Assembly (NCBI GenBank): GCA_051362555.1
Contig: CM120643.1
Coordinates: 26,540,848-26,604,847, forward strand
Direction: 5' to 3'
Length of the DNA: 64,000 nucleotides
DNA from: Lingula anatina
Lineage: Eukaryota > Animalia > Brachiopoda
Shown: positions 24,901 to 37,929 of the stretch, piece after piece
How the letters are laid out: every line of letters begins with the position of its first letter
Position numbering within the stretch: position 1 is the first letter of the stretch
Program-made: the position numbers and the translations under genes
Notes under the pieces: generated by a model
The model's database searches: none
What the model saw: the letters and a program-made list of their open reading frames with translations, nothing else
What the model was told of the DNA's origin: nothing

Positions 24901-27900
24901 GCTCTCTGCTCTGGTGTCTTGTGTGACAAAGTTATATAATCTACTCAAGGTAAGGACTTGTTCTACTTACTAATTGTTTGAAAACTGATAATTGGTGTTA
25001 GATGGGGCAGAAACAATGTTACAATGTTGAAAAACAAAAGCTTTGATTTCTAGTTGTTTTATTGAGATTAATTTGTTTAATAATTTATTTATTTATTAAT
25101 TTAATATATGTGACTCATAGTTATTCATTAATTATTATTTGTAGTTATTATTTTTTTTATTGAAGGAATAATTTTCATAATTTTCCTTATTTATTTATTT
25201 ATTTAAAAGATTATCTCTTAGCAAGTTCAGTAGATATTGAATGGAATTATGAAAGATGTTTCAATCTCAGACAGTATTGTTTTAACAAAATCATATAATT
25301 CCAGAATGACCTAACCAGTGAGATCTCCAGTGACTATGTCACCATGTGGCCCACGGCTTTGGGAAGGTAAGTGACACGTGACTGGAGGTATTGCAATCGA
25401 CTGTTTGTGCGTGGGGGGTATACTAATCACCTTGTCTGTAGTGTTTTAGTACTCACCCTCTGTCGTGGCTGCAGATTATTAATGTGCATATTTGAGCAGA
25501 GAATCATGTCATGATTTAGCCGTAGACGTATCTTTGAATATTGAGTGAAAAAACAATCTGTAACCCTGGTAGAAGGTTATGTTTTAGAGCTTTGGGTGCA
25601 ATGCTAATCTGCAACATTGACCTTAGTTCTAAAAATATTGTCTTGTAGATTTTTTGTCATTGGAAGAGTAAGAATTGGCAGATTTGTCACTGACTTCAAG
25701 CCCATAGATAGTGATCCTAAAAAAATCATAAACAAAAATAACATAACAATAAACCTCAAATTTGTGCACAATAATTTTTTAATTAATTTTGGTCAAAACT
25801 GTGTGCATTTATCTTGTAGCTCAAGTCAGTTGAACCTCCCGGCAGTGTCAGATGCAGTGACAACATTGATGCAGCATGCTGTCTTTGTGAATTCAACACA
25901 ACCTTCTTGGCTCAAGACGCAGGCAGATTTACATTTTGGTGAGAGTTTTGTCGATGCTTGTCTTTTTCAATTAATTGTGTCTGTATAATCAGAATTTTAT
26001 CTCTTTCATCCAAAACTGAAACTTATGACAAAAATTATGCCATCTGAATTAATTTTGTAGTTAAATTAATTTGAAAGGTTATGAAATCATGCTTAATTAG
26101 TAAATACTATTTATCTAATATTACATTTGTATACTCGATTAAGAGTACAAAACATTTGCGGAACACCCCATTAACTTTTTTCTTCATAATGTCAAAATCA
26201 TCTCTGCAGCAGTTTAATTCCAATCAAACTATATATATTCAGTGAAGTATTTCAATCATTCCCAGCACATGCCCAGTATTCTGGTGCCATGCACTGTTAC
26301 ATGGAGGCAGCCTTGGTGGCGTCAGACTATTTCTCCCGTCCTGTCCCCAAGACCATCCTTGATGACCAGGTGTACAAGAGGCTCATCAAGAGCTGCAACT
26401 ATCTCCAGTGTTACACCCAGGTAGGGGGCTTTAATAGGACAGTTTTTAAAATTCAGGATGGAAAAAAAAACAACTAATTAAAAGCTGAATTAAAAACCCA
26501 CATTATAATACTCAATTCTATAGACAAAAAATTCTATAGATAATATCTTAATATCCTCTCTTCTTGACTGTGCTATTTCTGCTTCCATTTTGAAAGCTAA
26601 AATCTTTCCTTGCCAATTACAGTTTAATTGTAACTTAATTCCTCTCTTACATGCTGTAAGTGAAACTCTGATAATGATCTGTTCTCTTACTTCTCGCTTC
26701 CTTTACAGGAAAAAAAAAGCTTTTTTTTTTTCTCAAACCACAACACTCCATTAAATTACCTACACTCAAGGATAATATTGTATTATTTAACATTTTTGAA
26801 ATAATTCTAAGCATGATCAAAACAAACCTTTACCTAACTTAAACTAGAACGCAGACCTCCGCCAAGGCAGTGTTTTTTATTATTAATGATTATTGATTGA
26901 TTATTGATCCAGATCACTACCAAAAACTAATCATCTCTTCCTCGGCCCACTTCTGACAGTTCCTGAAAATTTCATCAAAATCGCTCCATAACTTTTGGAG
27001 CTATGTTGATGACAAACAAACAGGGGTGAAAACATAACCCCCTTGGCGGAGGTAACAACACTGAAATCACAGTGCCACACATGTACATGTACAAGAGTTT
27101 GAAGTGAAAATATCTAGGTATTATGTACAAGTCTCTCTTGAACTTAGTCTTGAAGATATCACTGCACATAAACAAATATAAACCCTGAAACCACTATATC
27201 TTACATGTACAATAGTTTAAAGTGGAAATTTCTAGGTATTTCATACAATTGTTATAATAATTGAGACTGCACATTTTACTGAAATTTGATACTATAACAA
27301 TACTTTAAGCATGCTGACATATTTTTTGTTATTTTTCAATTATATGCATATAACATCACAATCTATGTACACGTAATGCAAAGCTAATTAACATAGCACA
27401 TACCTTTCACATCTACTTTGATTTTAACTTTAATTTATTCTCTCATCTACAACATCAACTGCATATAGAAAAACGCAAAATTTCAAAAAAGTTGCCCATG
27501 GCTAAAAAGTTCTTTTGATAATTATTTCTAAGATATGTACAAATTAAAATCTGTGTAAAAAGATAACAACACAGACCCGTGCACAAGAGAGTAGCTTGAA
27601 TAAATCCACTCTGCTACCCCTGTTTATCTGTTCAAGTTGATCAGTATATGAAGATAATTATTACCTCAAGTTTATATAATAGTTTATATCATAACATATG
27701 CACAGAATACATTGTAAGACCAGGGATATATGGGTGGATAGTTCCCCAGTATCTAGTATATGTATTTGATCACTTTACCATCTTCAACTGTTACAATGTG
27801 TCCCTGATGATCCACCAGGAATACATAGCCACTGATTGGCTGACACACACCTGTGATGTGATAAATAAATGTGCCATCAGATTTGATCTTCACAATCCTC

Positions 27901-30900
27901 CCTGTGTCTCCAATGTAGATGTCACCATTGTTGTCAGTACAGACACAAGATGGATGTGTTAACTGACCAATACCAGTGCCTGGGATGTCAACTTTGCTAT
28001 AGATGAATTTCTCTTCCTCTTTGCTGTTTAACCCCAATAAACAGTGATTGCCAGGAAAAAGTAAGAACACATTCTTCTCCTTGTCAACTGCCATATCTGA
28101 GGGTGCTTTACCTTGCATCCATGTGAACTTGTCACTAGGGACAGACAATTAACCAATATAATCATGGGTTTGATATTTCACTTTGAAATATGTTTGTCTT
28201 ACCAATGTTCTATTATTAATCCCTAAAAGACATGCAAAATCTCCACTTGAAGCAACCAGAACATGTTGACGGAAAGTATTTTTTAGGGAACCAGATTGAG
28301 GAAGAGAAAGTTCAATAACTCGACTTTGATATGGGGGATCTGGAGAGTAAGATACAAGCAGACTGGTGTCTTTCGCTACAGCCAATTTATGGGGTTTCAA
28401 GTTTTTCTTCTGGAGGTCAAAATGCCTCAGAAATTTCCCCTTTGTTGTATATGTTTCTACCTGATCATGTGCAGAATCCAGGACAAAGATGTCTCCAGTG
28501 CTGTTCTTGGCTATACTTGTGTACGAACAATCTTTAAATGATTTACTATGTTCCAGCTGATACTCTGAGACTTTCTCTGCTCTTCTATTGGTCCAACTGC
28601 TGCCCCATTTCTCAATGATTAACCAATTTCTTTTGGCTAGGGGCTCATCAGTGGTTCTTTCAGATTCTGCACCATTATACCTCTGAAGTGTTCCCATCAA
28701 GGTCCTGATGTCCTCTTCTTTTGGGGTGCTCTCATGGTAGAGAACTTTCAGGGGATCTCGAAGTCGAGGATCAGCATTGCTGAGTTGCATCTCTGCATAC
28801 TGCTTCTTGAGCAATTCTACTTGGTTTGATTCTATGTTCCTGCTTTGCTGGATGTTGATGGCTTCTGAGTACATCTCCTCTGTAAGCTTGTGTTGTCTGC
28901 TGACTGTATTTGTGTATTTTGCTAGTTCTATTAGCTTTTCTTTCAACAAATCATCAGTTTCTTTGATTAATTCTTCACATCGGGCATCAGTGAGGACCTT
29001 AATTTGGTGTGCCTGTTGTTTGATTCTCTGGTGGATTTCTCTCCTGTTGAACATATATTTGATCTTTTCTTCTTCACAGGTTTTTAATTCTTCTTTCAGT
29101 TTTAACACACATTGACTAAACTGTAAAACAATTGTAGTAAGCTCTGAAAATGGCATAGAATTGTCCTGATCTTCAAGAGCAGCATCTGTTATTAAGCCTT
29201 CTTTTACAACCTTCAGTGTGTGACCTTCGTTGAGGTCATCATGGAAACTTTTACAGCAGTCACATATGTACTGGCGACACTCTTGACAGTGATATGTGCT
29301 GCTGTCACCACCACACAGGTCACATGACCAGACATCTGCCTTGGTGCTCTGAACTTCTGCCATAAACAAATTGTGAGGAAGTTGTTGGAGACCACCTTTA
29401 GGCGTGAGTGTCTTCCGTCTGCAAACAGGACATGAAAATGTGTCATTATGACTGCCATTGCTGGTGACATGGAGCTGCAGACATCTGAGACAAAATGTGT
29501 GGTGACATGGCAGAACCCTGGGGTCTTTATATTCCTCCAGACAGATGTGACATGTCACAAAACTGCCAGAAATATCTTCCTCTCTGCCCCCAGTAGCCAT
29601 CTTGGATATTCTTAGTCTGATGATTCAAGTTGACTGTTTCAATGTAAGAAAATACTGCAACAATTTAGGGAAATACTGCAACAATGTATCAGAGTACTGT
29701 ATCAATGTTTCAGAATATCAGAATACTGCATCAATGTATCAAACTGTTTGATTACATCAGCATTTACTGTATGAGGAAATAGTATTTCCAGATGTTAGAA
29801 AATTTCCAGCTTTCGTTTCTGTTGCACATGTGCCATGACCTCAAGCTTTGAGAAGAAAAGTTCATTGGAACATACGTGCAGTGAAAGTTTACAGGCTCTC
29901 ATCTGAAAATGGTGTAAAATACTGTATAGTAAAGTCCTCAGTGATATAACTCCTGTAAATCTACAGGTAATTGTCAGATTAAGCTGCATATTTATCATCT
30001 TATCACATTCATCTCTCATGAACACTTAACCTCTGTCTTAGGAGTCATCTCTAATTACAGTGTGATTTCTATTTATATCTATGTAGGCCACTAAGGTCAC
30101 AGAGTTACACAGTACAGCCTGAAGTCAGTCAGCTAAATCTTTGTCACTTAATTAACCAAATCAAATGCCACTATATACATTCAAATAGCACATTAAAACA
30201 TGTAAGCATTTGTAATGCCTGTACTAACATTTACTATTTACATAACATGGATTTTTTTGTAACAGACCTGTCTAAAAAGCTTTTTATGTTAAAATTTGCT
30301 TTCTGTTCAATTCACCAGTATTCTGATAAATACCAGACATGTCATGATTACTTTTAGGAGTCAATACTGTGTCAATATAAACATTACGTACGTTACATTG
30401 CAGGCCACATTTATTCAATTCTTAAATCTTTTCAAGTTAATTCTGATAAATACTAGACATTGTCATCCCTTCCAGTCAGCTGTACTGTGTCAGTTTCTTG
30501 AGGAGGTGGACTACGTGACCGCCTTTCGCTCCTTCCAGGAAAAACACTGTCAGGATGCCATGGATGCTTACTATGACTGTATATGGGACGTCACCATTCT
30601 GGAGTTTCTGATTAGTATCCTTTGCCCAGTGTCCAGCATTAACCACTGGTCTGAGGCAGTTGACCAGTAGATTTGATATTGAACTAATATGAGCAAAGAA
30701 AAGATAACCGTAAAGTTGCTTCAGATTTTTTTCCATTTTTTTAAATTTTATTTATTTGTTATTATTTTTTAAAATTAATTTGTTAAAATTACTTAATTTG
30801 CCTGCCCTCTCAAAGTAGCTAAATGGTCTTTAGTTTCAGTTATTTTATTGAAAATGAACCCAGTCTGTTACAGGGATCATATCACAGGCTTCATATTTCA

Positions 30901-31563
30901 GTGCAGCTTGAGCTTATCATATCAGATTTCAGATAATTTAAGGTATGGGGAATATGGTTTTCATATACATTGTTATAACATAAGTGCATTTTGCATCTAT
31001 TAAAAAACCTTTAACAATTGCCAGATCTTCATGCCAAGAAGGGAGAACTTGAGAAGAAACAAAGAGCTGTAAGTAACTAATAATTTCTAAACCCCTCTTA
31101 ACTGGACAAGTCTCTAATTTATATTTTTATTTATATTACCCAATGTAAAAGTTTATATTACGATTACCTTAAGTTTTATATTTTGTAATAAAATTTATAT
31201 GTATTTTTTAGGTATTTATAATTATATTATAAAAAATCATAGTTAAAATTGTCACATTTTATTACACAAAGTCATAGTTTATATTACCATTACCAAAATT
31301 TTATATTTTCTTATAAAATATTTATTCTTTTTTAGATATTTATAATTATATTACGTAAAGTCATAGTTAAAATTGTCACACATTTCTCAGATAGTTTGCG
31401 CAATTTCATACATTTTTGTGATACATATTTCATCCTTTTTTTTCAGTTGCATGCCATTGGTCAGTTGGAATTGAACAGCAGCAAGTCAGAGGATATTCTA
31501 GTTCTAGCCAAACAGAAAAGAATGCAGAAATTCCTCAGGACATTAGCCAAGCACTATCTATGA
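15970..31563 (+). CDS. INTS8: Integrator complex subunit 8; roughly 26 coding exons (first 15970-16099; last three ~30476-30614, 31025-31068, 31447-31563; internal boundaries only partly verified)
   Basis: N-terminal SWFEFLLDEALLEKHL...DPSGTQLILQFLQHA. Internal KTKALKLLALKIAAFLKWDL and QICYDLGCYHF. C-terminal DAMDAYYDCIWDVTILEFLINLHAKKGELEKKQRALHAIGQLELNSSKSEDILVLAKQKRMQKFLRTLAKHYL*. All match recalled INTS8. Confidence 0.92.
23258..23512 (+). repeat. 43-bp minisatellite (6 copies) spanning an INTS8 exon 3' end and splice donor
   Basis: Unit ACACCAACAGTGGATATATAGAG|GTGGGTGTGGTCTTTGTAAT starts at 23258, 23301, 23344, 23387, 23432 and 23475. Confidence 0.95.
26843..27056. mobile_element. Short non-autonomous Helentron/DINE-like element
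   Basis: Subterminal inverted repeat ACCTCCGCCAAGG...CCTTGGCGGAGGT, AAAC microsatellite and an ACTAG terminus in A-rich flanks. It is absent from the paralogous position (~51905) in the duplicated segment. Confidence 0.7.
27753..29600 (-). pseudogene. TRIM (RING-B-box-CC-NHL) copy 1, intronless CDS nested antisense in an INTS8 intron; in-frame TAA at 28149-28151 (pseudogene or truncated allele)
   Basis: ORF 29600-28149 (C3HC4 RING CHIC...CHHTFCLRC...CPVC, B-box, coiled coil) is followed in the same frame by ORF 28148-27753 (NHL-like GQLTHPSCVCTDNNGDIYIGD). The whole is collinear with the intact copy at 52622-54502. Confidence 0.8.
30615..31024 (+). other. U12-type (minor spliceosome) GT-AG intron in INTS8
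   Basis: 5' site GTATCCTTT. Branch-point-like CCTTTAAC lies ~9 nt before the CAG acceptor, with no polypyrimidine tract. Splicing restores the frame EFLI-N-LHAKK. Confidence 0.88.
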
Positions 31564-31571
31564 GAGAGAGC

Positions 31572-31615
<44 letters not shown>

Positions 31616-31639
31616 GGAGAGGCCACATATATTGTGTCG

Positions 31640-31671
<32 letters not shown>

Positions 31672-34600
31672 AGATTTATGTTCTTTAAATGAAAAAAAAG
31701 AAAAAATATCAAACTATATGAAGAAAGTGAGAATGTGTGAAAAATATTTTATTCTAGGCAATATTTTGTTCTAGGCAATAGCTGTTAAAAAACAGAATTC
31801 CTCAACAGTTTAAAAAGAGGAAATAGTGTTTGATGAAACAAGGTGAAAATGTGATAATTTAAAGGCTAAAATGGACAGCTACTGTTTGGTATTTCTGGTG
31901 CACCTTGGGTCTCATGACCTTCATTAGTATGTAGTACTATTCCTTTATTGGGTTATCAATTTCTTTGTAGACAAAATATCTCACAATGGTCTTCACAAAA
32001 TACAATTAAATTTCCAGGAATGACAGTTGTTGAATGTTTAGGAGCAAAAAAAAAAAAAGTCGAAGTCTGGGTCTCCTTAAAATTAAAGGATTTTACAGAA
32101 TTTTTGCCTTCTTTTCTATGGCAGACATCTGTGCTCATGCTGCACTTCCTAGTATTGCATTGCTTGGAATCCATACAACAGAACTTGTAATTTTGAGCTG
32201 AATTGAAATAAAAGGAATTCTGTCAGTCAGCATCCATACCTTTGTTGTAAGAAAAAATTAACTGAAATAAAAGAAATTCTCTCAGCATCCATATCTTTGT
32301 TGTAAGAAAAAAAATATTTCAAATTTGTCTTTATTTAAAGGGAAATAATCCATGTCCATATAGTTACATATCTTACAAATAATTTAAATAGTTGACACCT
32401 TTAACAATTTGCATAAATACAAAAATGAAAAGAAAAACTGCTACAGTGATTTATGGAAACAAAACTTGACAATCAGCAACATATTGTGTCTGTGCAATTT
32501 GTCTCCTTATAAATGAAAAATGTGATAATAAACGAAGCATAGCAATGTACTATAAAATACCATATTCAGTACAGGAACAAGACCACACATGCAGTTATTG
32601 AAGGTGGTATGATATCATATCATATCACATAATAATATTATGTTCTCCATATTTCCCCAGTGGAAGGTATCCACAGATATTCAGCGTGGTTTTGACAGCT
32701 TGGTGTCATGTCTAGACCAGGTGTACGGATACATATGTTTAGTCAAGGCTAAACAGTGTACTCAGATGAAGGTTAAGTGCCAGTTTTTTTAAGCACCAGA
32801 CAAGTGCGGCAAGGTGGGGGTTCACAGAATTTGACCTTATTGGGCTGAAATACTTGCCTGAGGACCCTTTTAACTTCTGCCAAATGTTATGCCATAAAAC
32901 TGTATTTCAAGGGATTTATGCCCAATTTTCTGTTTTTCCAGCTTTCGAAGCAGATTTTCAGTTATCATACACATCACTCATATATATGCTTATTATACTC
33001 TTATCTAGCAATATATTTACTATGTACATGTATGATGTATTTTGTTGATCAATATTCTTCCCCCCCAAGACTTTCAAACTAAAAATATAACCCACCTTGT
33101 CCACACTGTACCCACTTTTTTCACCCCACCCCCCAAAACTAAGTTTAAGCATGGCAATTTTCAGAGGGTCATATACCCACTAGTAGAGGTCCGATGGCTG
33201 TCAAACCTGTATGGGTTTGTAAAGGAACATTAAAAATATAAAGTACAAAGGAGATCCTCGTGGCCTTTTCTTTTGTTGGCGATATATTTTAATATTAAAA
33301 TATCCGAAAATTGTAAAATTTGAATGGGTGTTGCTCTTGTCTTGGCCAGTAATACCTGCTCAATTACTCTAATCACGGCAGATATGAACAATAGACTTTA
33401 CAAGAATAGGCAATTGCCCTAAAACAGAGCCCACCTTTGGGATTTAAACCGTCATATTCATATTTTGATGACTTGTGATAGAAATTTATGTAGCTTTGGT
33501 TAAGACATAAACCCTTTTCAACCTGCTACTTGGCCTCAAGTTTTTACCCTTTGCTCAATAGCTTCTATCTCGATTGTACACCTGGGAATGGTATTCCCCA
33601 GCTGTAATACTATAGCTTACAAAATTAATTAAAAATACTTTTAGTCTAATAAATTTAATTATTCAGAAAATAAAACGACAAACAACCCACATTTTTCTTA
33701 CATTTAATCATATAAAGAAAACTGTTTTCCTTTAACTTTTCTTTTCATCTACTACTTCAACAATTATTGGACACAAGTGGGCACCAATCACACACACAGC
33801 TTTAAATCAATCAACAATGTTTCATTATGCATAATCATCTCTTTATTGGATCTTTAAAGTTTAAGTATAAATAAGCAAATTATTTGGAAGTGTAGCAAAC
33901 AATTGAAATCTTCAAACTGGAAAATACTTATTACCAATAACTTAATAAATGGGTGGAAGGCATTGTAACTGCCATTCAAGACTACTCCTGTCACCCTTAA
34001 CTGAATAAGACACCGACAAAGTTTTGACTCAAGATTTAAGTGAATGTTTCAAAAAAAAAAAAAGTACACTTGATTTTCATTCTACAAAAACATCAAAGTA
34101 ATGCAAATCTATATTATCCAACTGAATCCCCTTCCTGGGAAGAATGAAGAAATAAGTTGAACTTATGTAATGGTGTAATTCATGGATTATTTTGCACTAC
34201 TCAGGACCAGGAACATATATTGCTGCTTTCAAATATATAAGTCAAACTGATCTTTTGCTCCAAGGAATAAAAATATGATATTCAATATCAATATCTCAGT
34301 AAAATCTTATCCCATTTAAAGGTGGCATTCACGGATATCTTCAGTAAAATGAAACAGAAAAAAAGCAGCCATGATCCTAGGTTTCAAAAAAAAAAAAAAA
34401 AAAAGAACTCCGAACATTTATCATGGGACTCAACACCTAAGCGGCCAGAGGTCCGGGACACCTTGAATTGAATTAAAAAATGCGGAATTCCACGTTTCTG
34501 GGGCAAAAATTCATGTCTGAAAAGCTCCTTGTAAAAAAAGGTAATCGAAAAGTGTCAGTTTTCATCATTTAATGAAGCTCCCATAAATAACTTCCTCTTG

Positions 34601-34963
34601 GGGGATCTCCTTGCTACTTGCTTGGATCATCATGGCTGACATTAGCTATCTGTCAGGTCATTGGTGTCCTTCCACTGTAGATACAAATACTTGTTCAAAG
34701 TAGATAAACATCAAAAATACATTTTAGTTTGTTGGCCAGTAAGTCAATCCTCTTCACAAAACTTCTTTTTCGGGTGCTTGGATTAATCACTATTTTCTTT
34801 GCCATATATATCTGATTCCTGGCTGCTCTTTCTGACCAGTCTCCAAATTAACATCTTCTAGCTAAAATAACAACAAAAATTTATTCTTTAATCTATTGAA
34901 TGGTTTTAATTTTCAACCAACAAAATTTACCATGAAACCCCATTTTAGGCTACAACTAAACTT

Positions 34964-34969
<6 letters not shown>

Positions 34970-35027
<58 letters not shown>
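34970..35027. repeat. (TA)n microsatellite
   Basis: Directly visible. Confidence 0.95.
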
Positions 35028-35031
<4 letters not shown>

Positions 35032-36580
35032 CATGTAATTGTGATATGATTGTTACCCTTTAAATCACTAGCAATGATCTATAAAAGCAGTATTATTTAG
35101 TTGTGAGGGTTCTGTAACTTGTTGCTCATACAAAAAAAAAAGTTTACACTGCTAACATGTACAGTACAATCATAAGCTCTTTTCACTTAAGTAATAACAA
35201 ATTTGCTGTGGTTCTGAGGGTCAGATCTCGAGATAGCAGTATTTAGATGATGACTTAGCTTCACTTGTCTAATTACTATGCATATTTAATTCAAACAACA
35301 CAGATATCATACCATTATCAACCTTCTGTCTGTATGAAAATTCGGTGTGTTAATTAATTATAAAGATGTGACGAATGTCAACCCAGCAGGCACACAACGT
35401 TGATTCAACGTTGAATCAACGTTGATTCTCAACGTTGAATCAACGTTGAATTTATGTTTGAAAACGGAAGTTTGTGTCAACGTTGAAAAGTCAACGTTGA
35501 ATCAACGTTGAAAAGTCAACGTTGAATCAACGTTGAAAAGTCAACGTTGAATCAACGTTGGCAATTCAACGTTGTTTCAACATTAGAAATCTCAATTAAC
35601 GTTGATTATATGTTGATTTAGCATTGATTATATCTTGATTTAACATTAAATAAAAGTTGAGACAAATAGCATTTTCAATGTCTTTATTTTGTCACTGCAT
35701 AAAAGGAAAAATGCTGCTAATTTAAGTAGTTAAAATATACATAGTTTACAACATAGCAATAATAAATAAAAAACTAAGAACAACACTTTTTTTTTTACAA
35801 AACAAAGCTGCACATCGAATCTGAACTAACACAAAAATTGTAATTAATTATGCATGTACATAGTGGGGGGGGGGGGGATTTTTGCACACCTTAACCTAAA
35901 TTATACTATACATTGTGATTTTTAAAGTAAATTATAATTCAAACATATCATTAATAATCATAATCACTAGTTCTGTAATAAATAAATCTTGAATAATGAA
36001 TGAAAAAACATTGTTTTTTAGATGACAGAGAGTTCATTATAACAAAATTATAAATAACCATGCAGTAACTGTTTCAATTAAACTTGCATGCTGTCTACAT
36101 ACATGCAAACTCTGAAAAAAGAATTATGTATACCCCATAGATATAGATGTACAATAAAAAGACAATTACATGTGCACAAACACAAACCCCAGTATATTGT
36201 TGATGCTTTTGAATGAAATTACATCATGAATAAAATCACTCAATGAGTTGAACCAGTTTGGAACACTTGTGCTTTTGTCATATCCACACCACTAAGAAAT
36301 GATACATCAGGCTCCTTGACAAGCTAATAATAATTAAAGGAATTAACAATGTAACAAGTACATCTACCAAATTAACAACAGCTCATTTAAATGTCAGGTA
36401 AAAACACAACATCCCTTCCTTTGTTAAAGAGAATTAAACTGTCCTTTCAAATATATGCTAATTGACAGTTCAGTCTTTAAATTGTCTTTTCAAACATTTG
36501 CAGAATAACAAATGAACTCCAACTATAATTATTCTAACCACATTGAAAATTCTCAAATCTAATCAACTCATATCAAACCC

Positions 36581-36735
36581 TACCCTCTACCAGGGCGACT
36601 GATAGATTTTTACGGATATTCACAGATATGTCTCTAGCTAGATTAGTCACTTGGAGCTTAAAATGACAATCTATCTAGCTAGAGACATATCTGTGAATAT
36701 CCGTAAAAATCTATCAGTCGCCCTGGTAGAGGGTA
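36581..36735. mobile_element. 155-bp foldback MITE with 9-bp TSD (Mutator-like)
   Basis: A ~63-bp perfect inverted repeat starting TACCCTCTACCAGGGCGACTGATAG is flanked by ATCAAACCC at 36572-36580 and 36736-36744. Confidence 0.9.
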
Positions 36736-36789
36736 ATCAAACCCCATGTCCCTTTCACTACAATACTACAAATTCCACATGGTCTCTTT

Positions 36790-37030
36790 CTTTGTCTGCC
36801 TTTAAGTCACATTCAAATGCTCCCTTCACTTTAAAGGTTTCTCAGACGTGTCTGAATAATACTGTTTGTTTTGTGGTCCTCCACAAGAGCCTGAGACGCA
36901 TTTTTTTTTCTTGGATTGCAGCATTCCCCATGTATTTTCATCAATGATATTACAATATGCGCCTGAATCTGGTAATACAGCTAGTACACTGAGATTAATG
37001 CCGCCTATCTCTATTTCCACCAAGTCTCAG
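36790..37030 (-). mobile_element. Degenerate LTR-retrotransposon (Ty3/Gypsy-like) aspartic protease fragment
   Basis: VEIEIGGINLSVLAVLPDSGAYCNIIDENTW...SEKPLK resembles the retropepsin motif (hydrophobic-DSGAxxNII). It is interrupted by a stop or frameshift. Confidence 0.6.
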
Positions 37031-37324
37031 TGTATATTGCATTGGTTACCCCACACCAAATGTAAATGCACTCCTGGATTATCATGTTCATAACTGTCAT
37101 ATACATGAATATTAGTTTCAGTTTTGCAGACTTGTTGCACGTTCCATGTTTTCTCAGTCGGGGTGGTTTCTACTTCGTTTTTTCATGTCTGAACTCGTGG
37201 TGTTTAGACTGAGTTGGTTTGTCAAATGACTTCGGTTTTTAACATACTCACAGTTTCTGGAGTTGCACTTTCATTAAAAGCGTTAACAGTCTATGTGTAT
37301 CCATGTTTCACACCTGCAATATGT

Positions 37325-37894
37325 GGTACTTTTGTAGTATACCCCCCCACCCTGTAACTTTCTGTAACTTTCACTTTTCAAACAGCTTTTTACATTTTCT
37401 TGTTCATCTATGTCAAAGCTGTTGAAATAAAATGCTTTTGTAATTACCTGTGGACTTTTCATTAGTTTTAATCACGTTTAATCCAGCCCATTGAAATACA
37501 ATGTTAGAATCTTCAATTTACACCCGCAGTCAATAACTTGCCGCGTTTTCGTTGGCTAACTCTAAGGTAATTTTATGTGAACAAGTAGCTCATAATAATT
37601 TCACAGAGGAAGTCCAAGTATACAATGTATCAATCCTATGTTCACATAAAATAAGGTAGAGTTAGCCAACGAAAACGCTGCAAGTTATTGACTGCAGGTA
37701 CATTGTAAATTTTCACATTGTATTTCAATGGGGTGGATTAAACGTGATTAAAACTAATAAAAAGACCACAGGTAATTACAAAAACATTTTATTTCAACAG
37801 CTTTGACATAGGTGAAAAAGACCAAGTAAAAAAATGTTTGAAAAATGAAAGTTTCAGGAAGTTACAGGGTGGGGGGGTATACTACAAAAGTACC
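37325..37894. mobile_element. 570-bp foldback element with 8-bp TSD (Merlin- or MULE-like)
   Basis: GGTACTTTTGTAGTATACCCCCCCACCCTGTAACT...AGTTACAGGGTGGGGGGGTATACTACAAAAGTACC; the inverted similarity extends almost to the centre. Flanked by CAATATGT at 37317-37324 and 37895-37902. Confidence 0.88.
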
Positions 37895-37929
37895 CAATAT
37901 GTTTGGGAGAGTCATGAAAATATCTTGTA

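Noticed and set aside
28149-28151. Selenocysteine or programmed readthrough in TRIM copy 1
   Set aside because: The codon is TAA, not TGA, and lacks a CUAG/CARYYA-type readthrough context.
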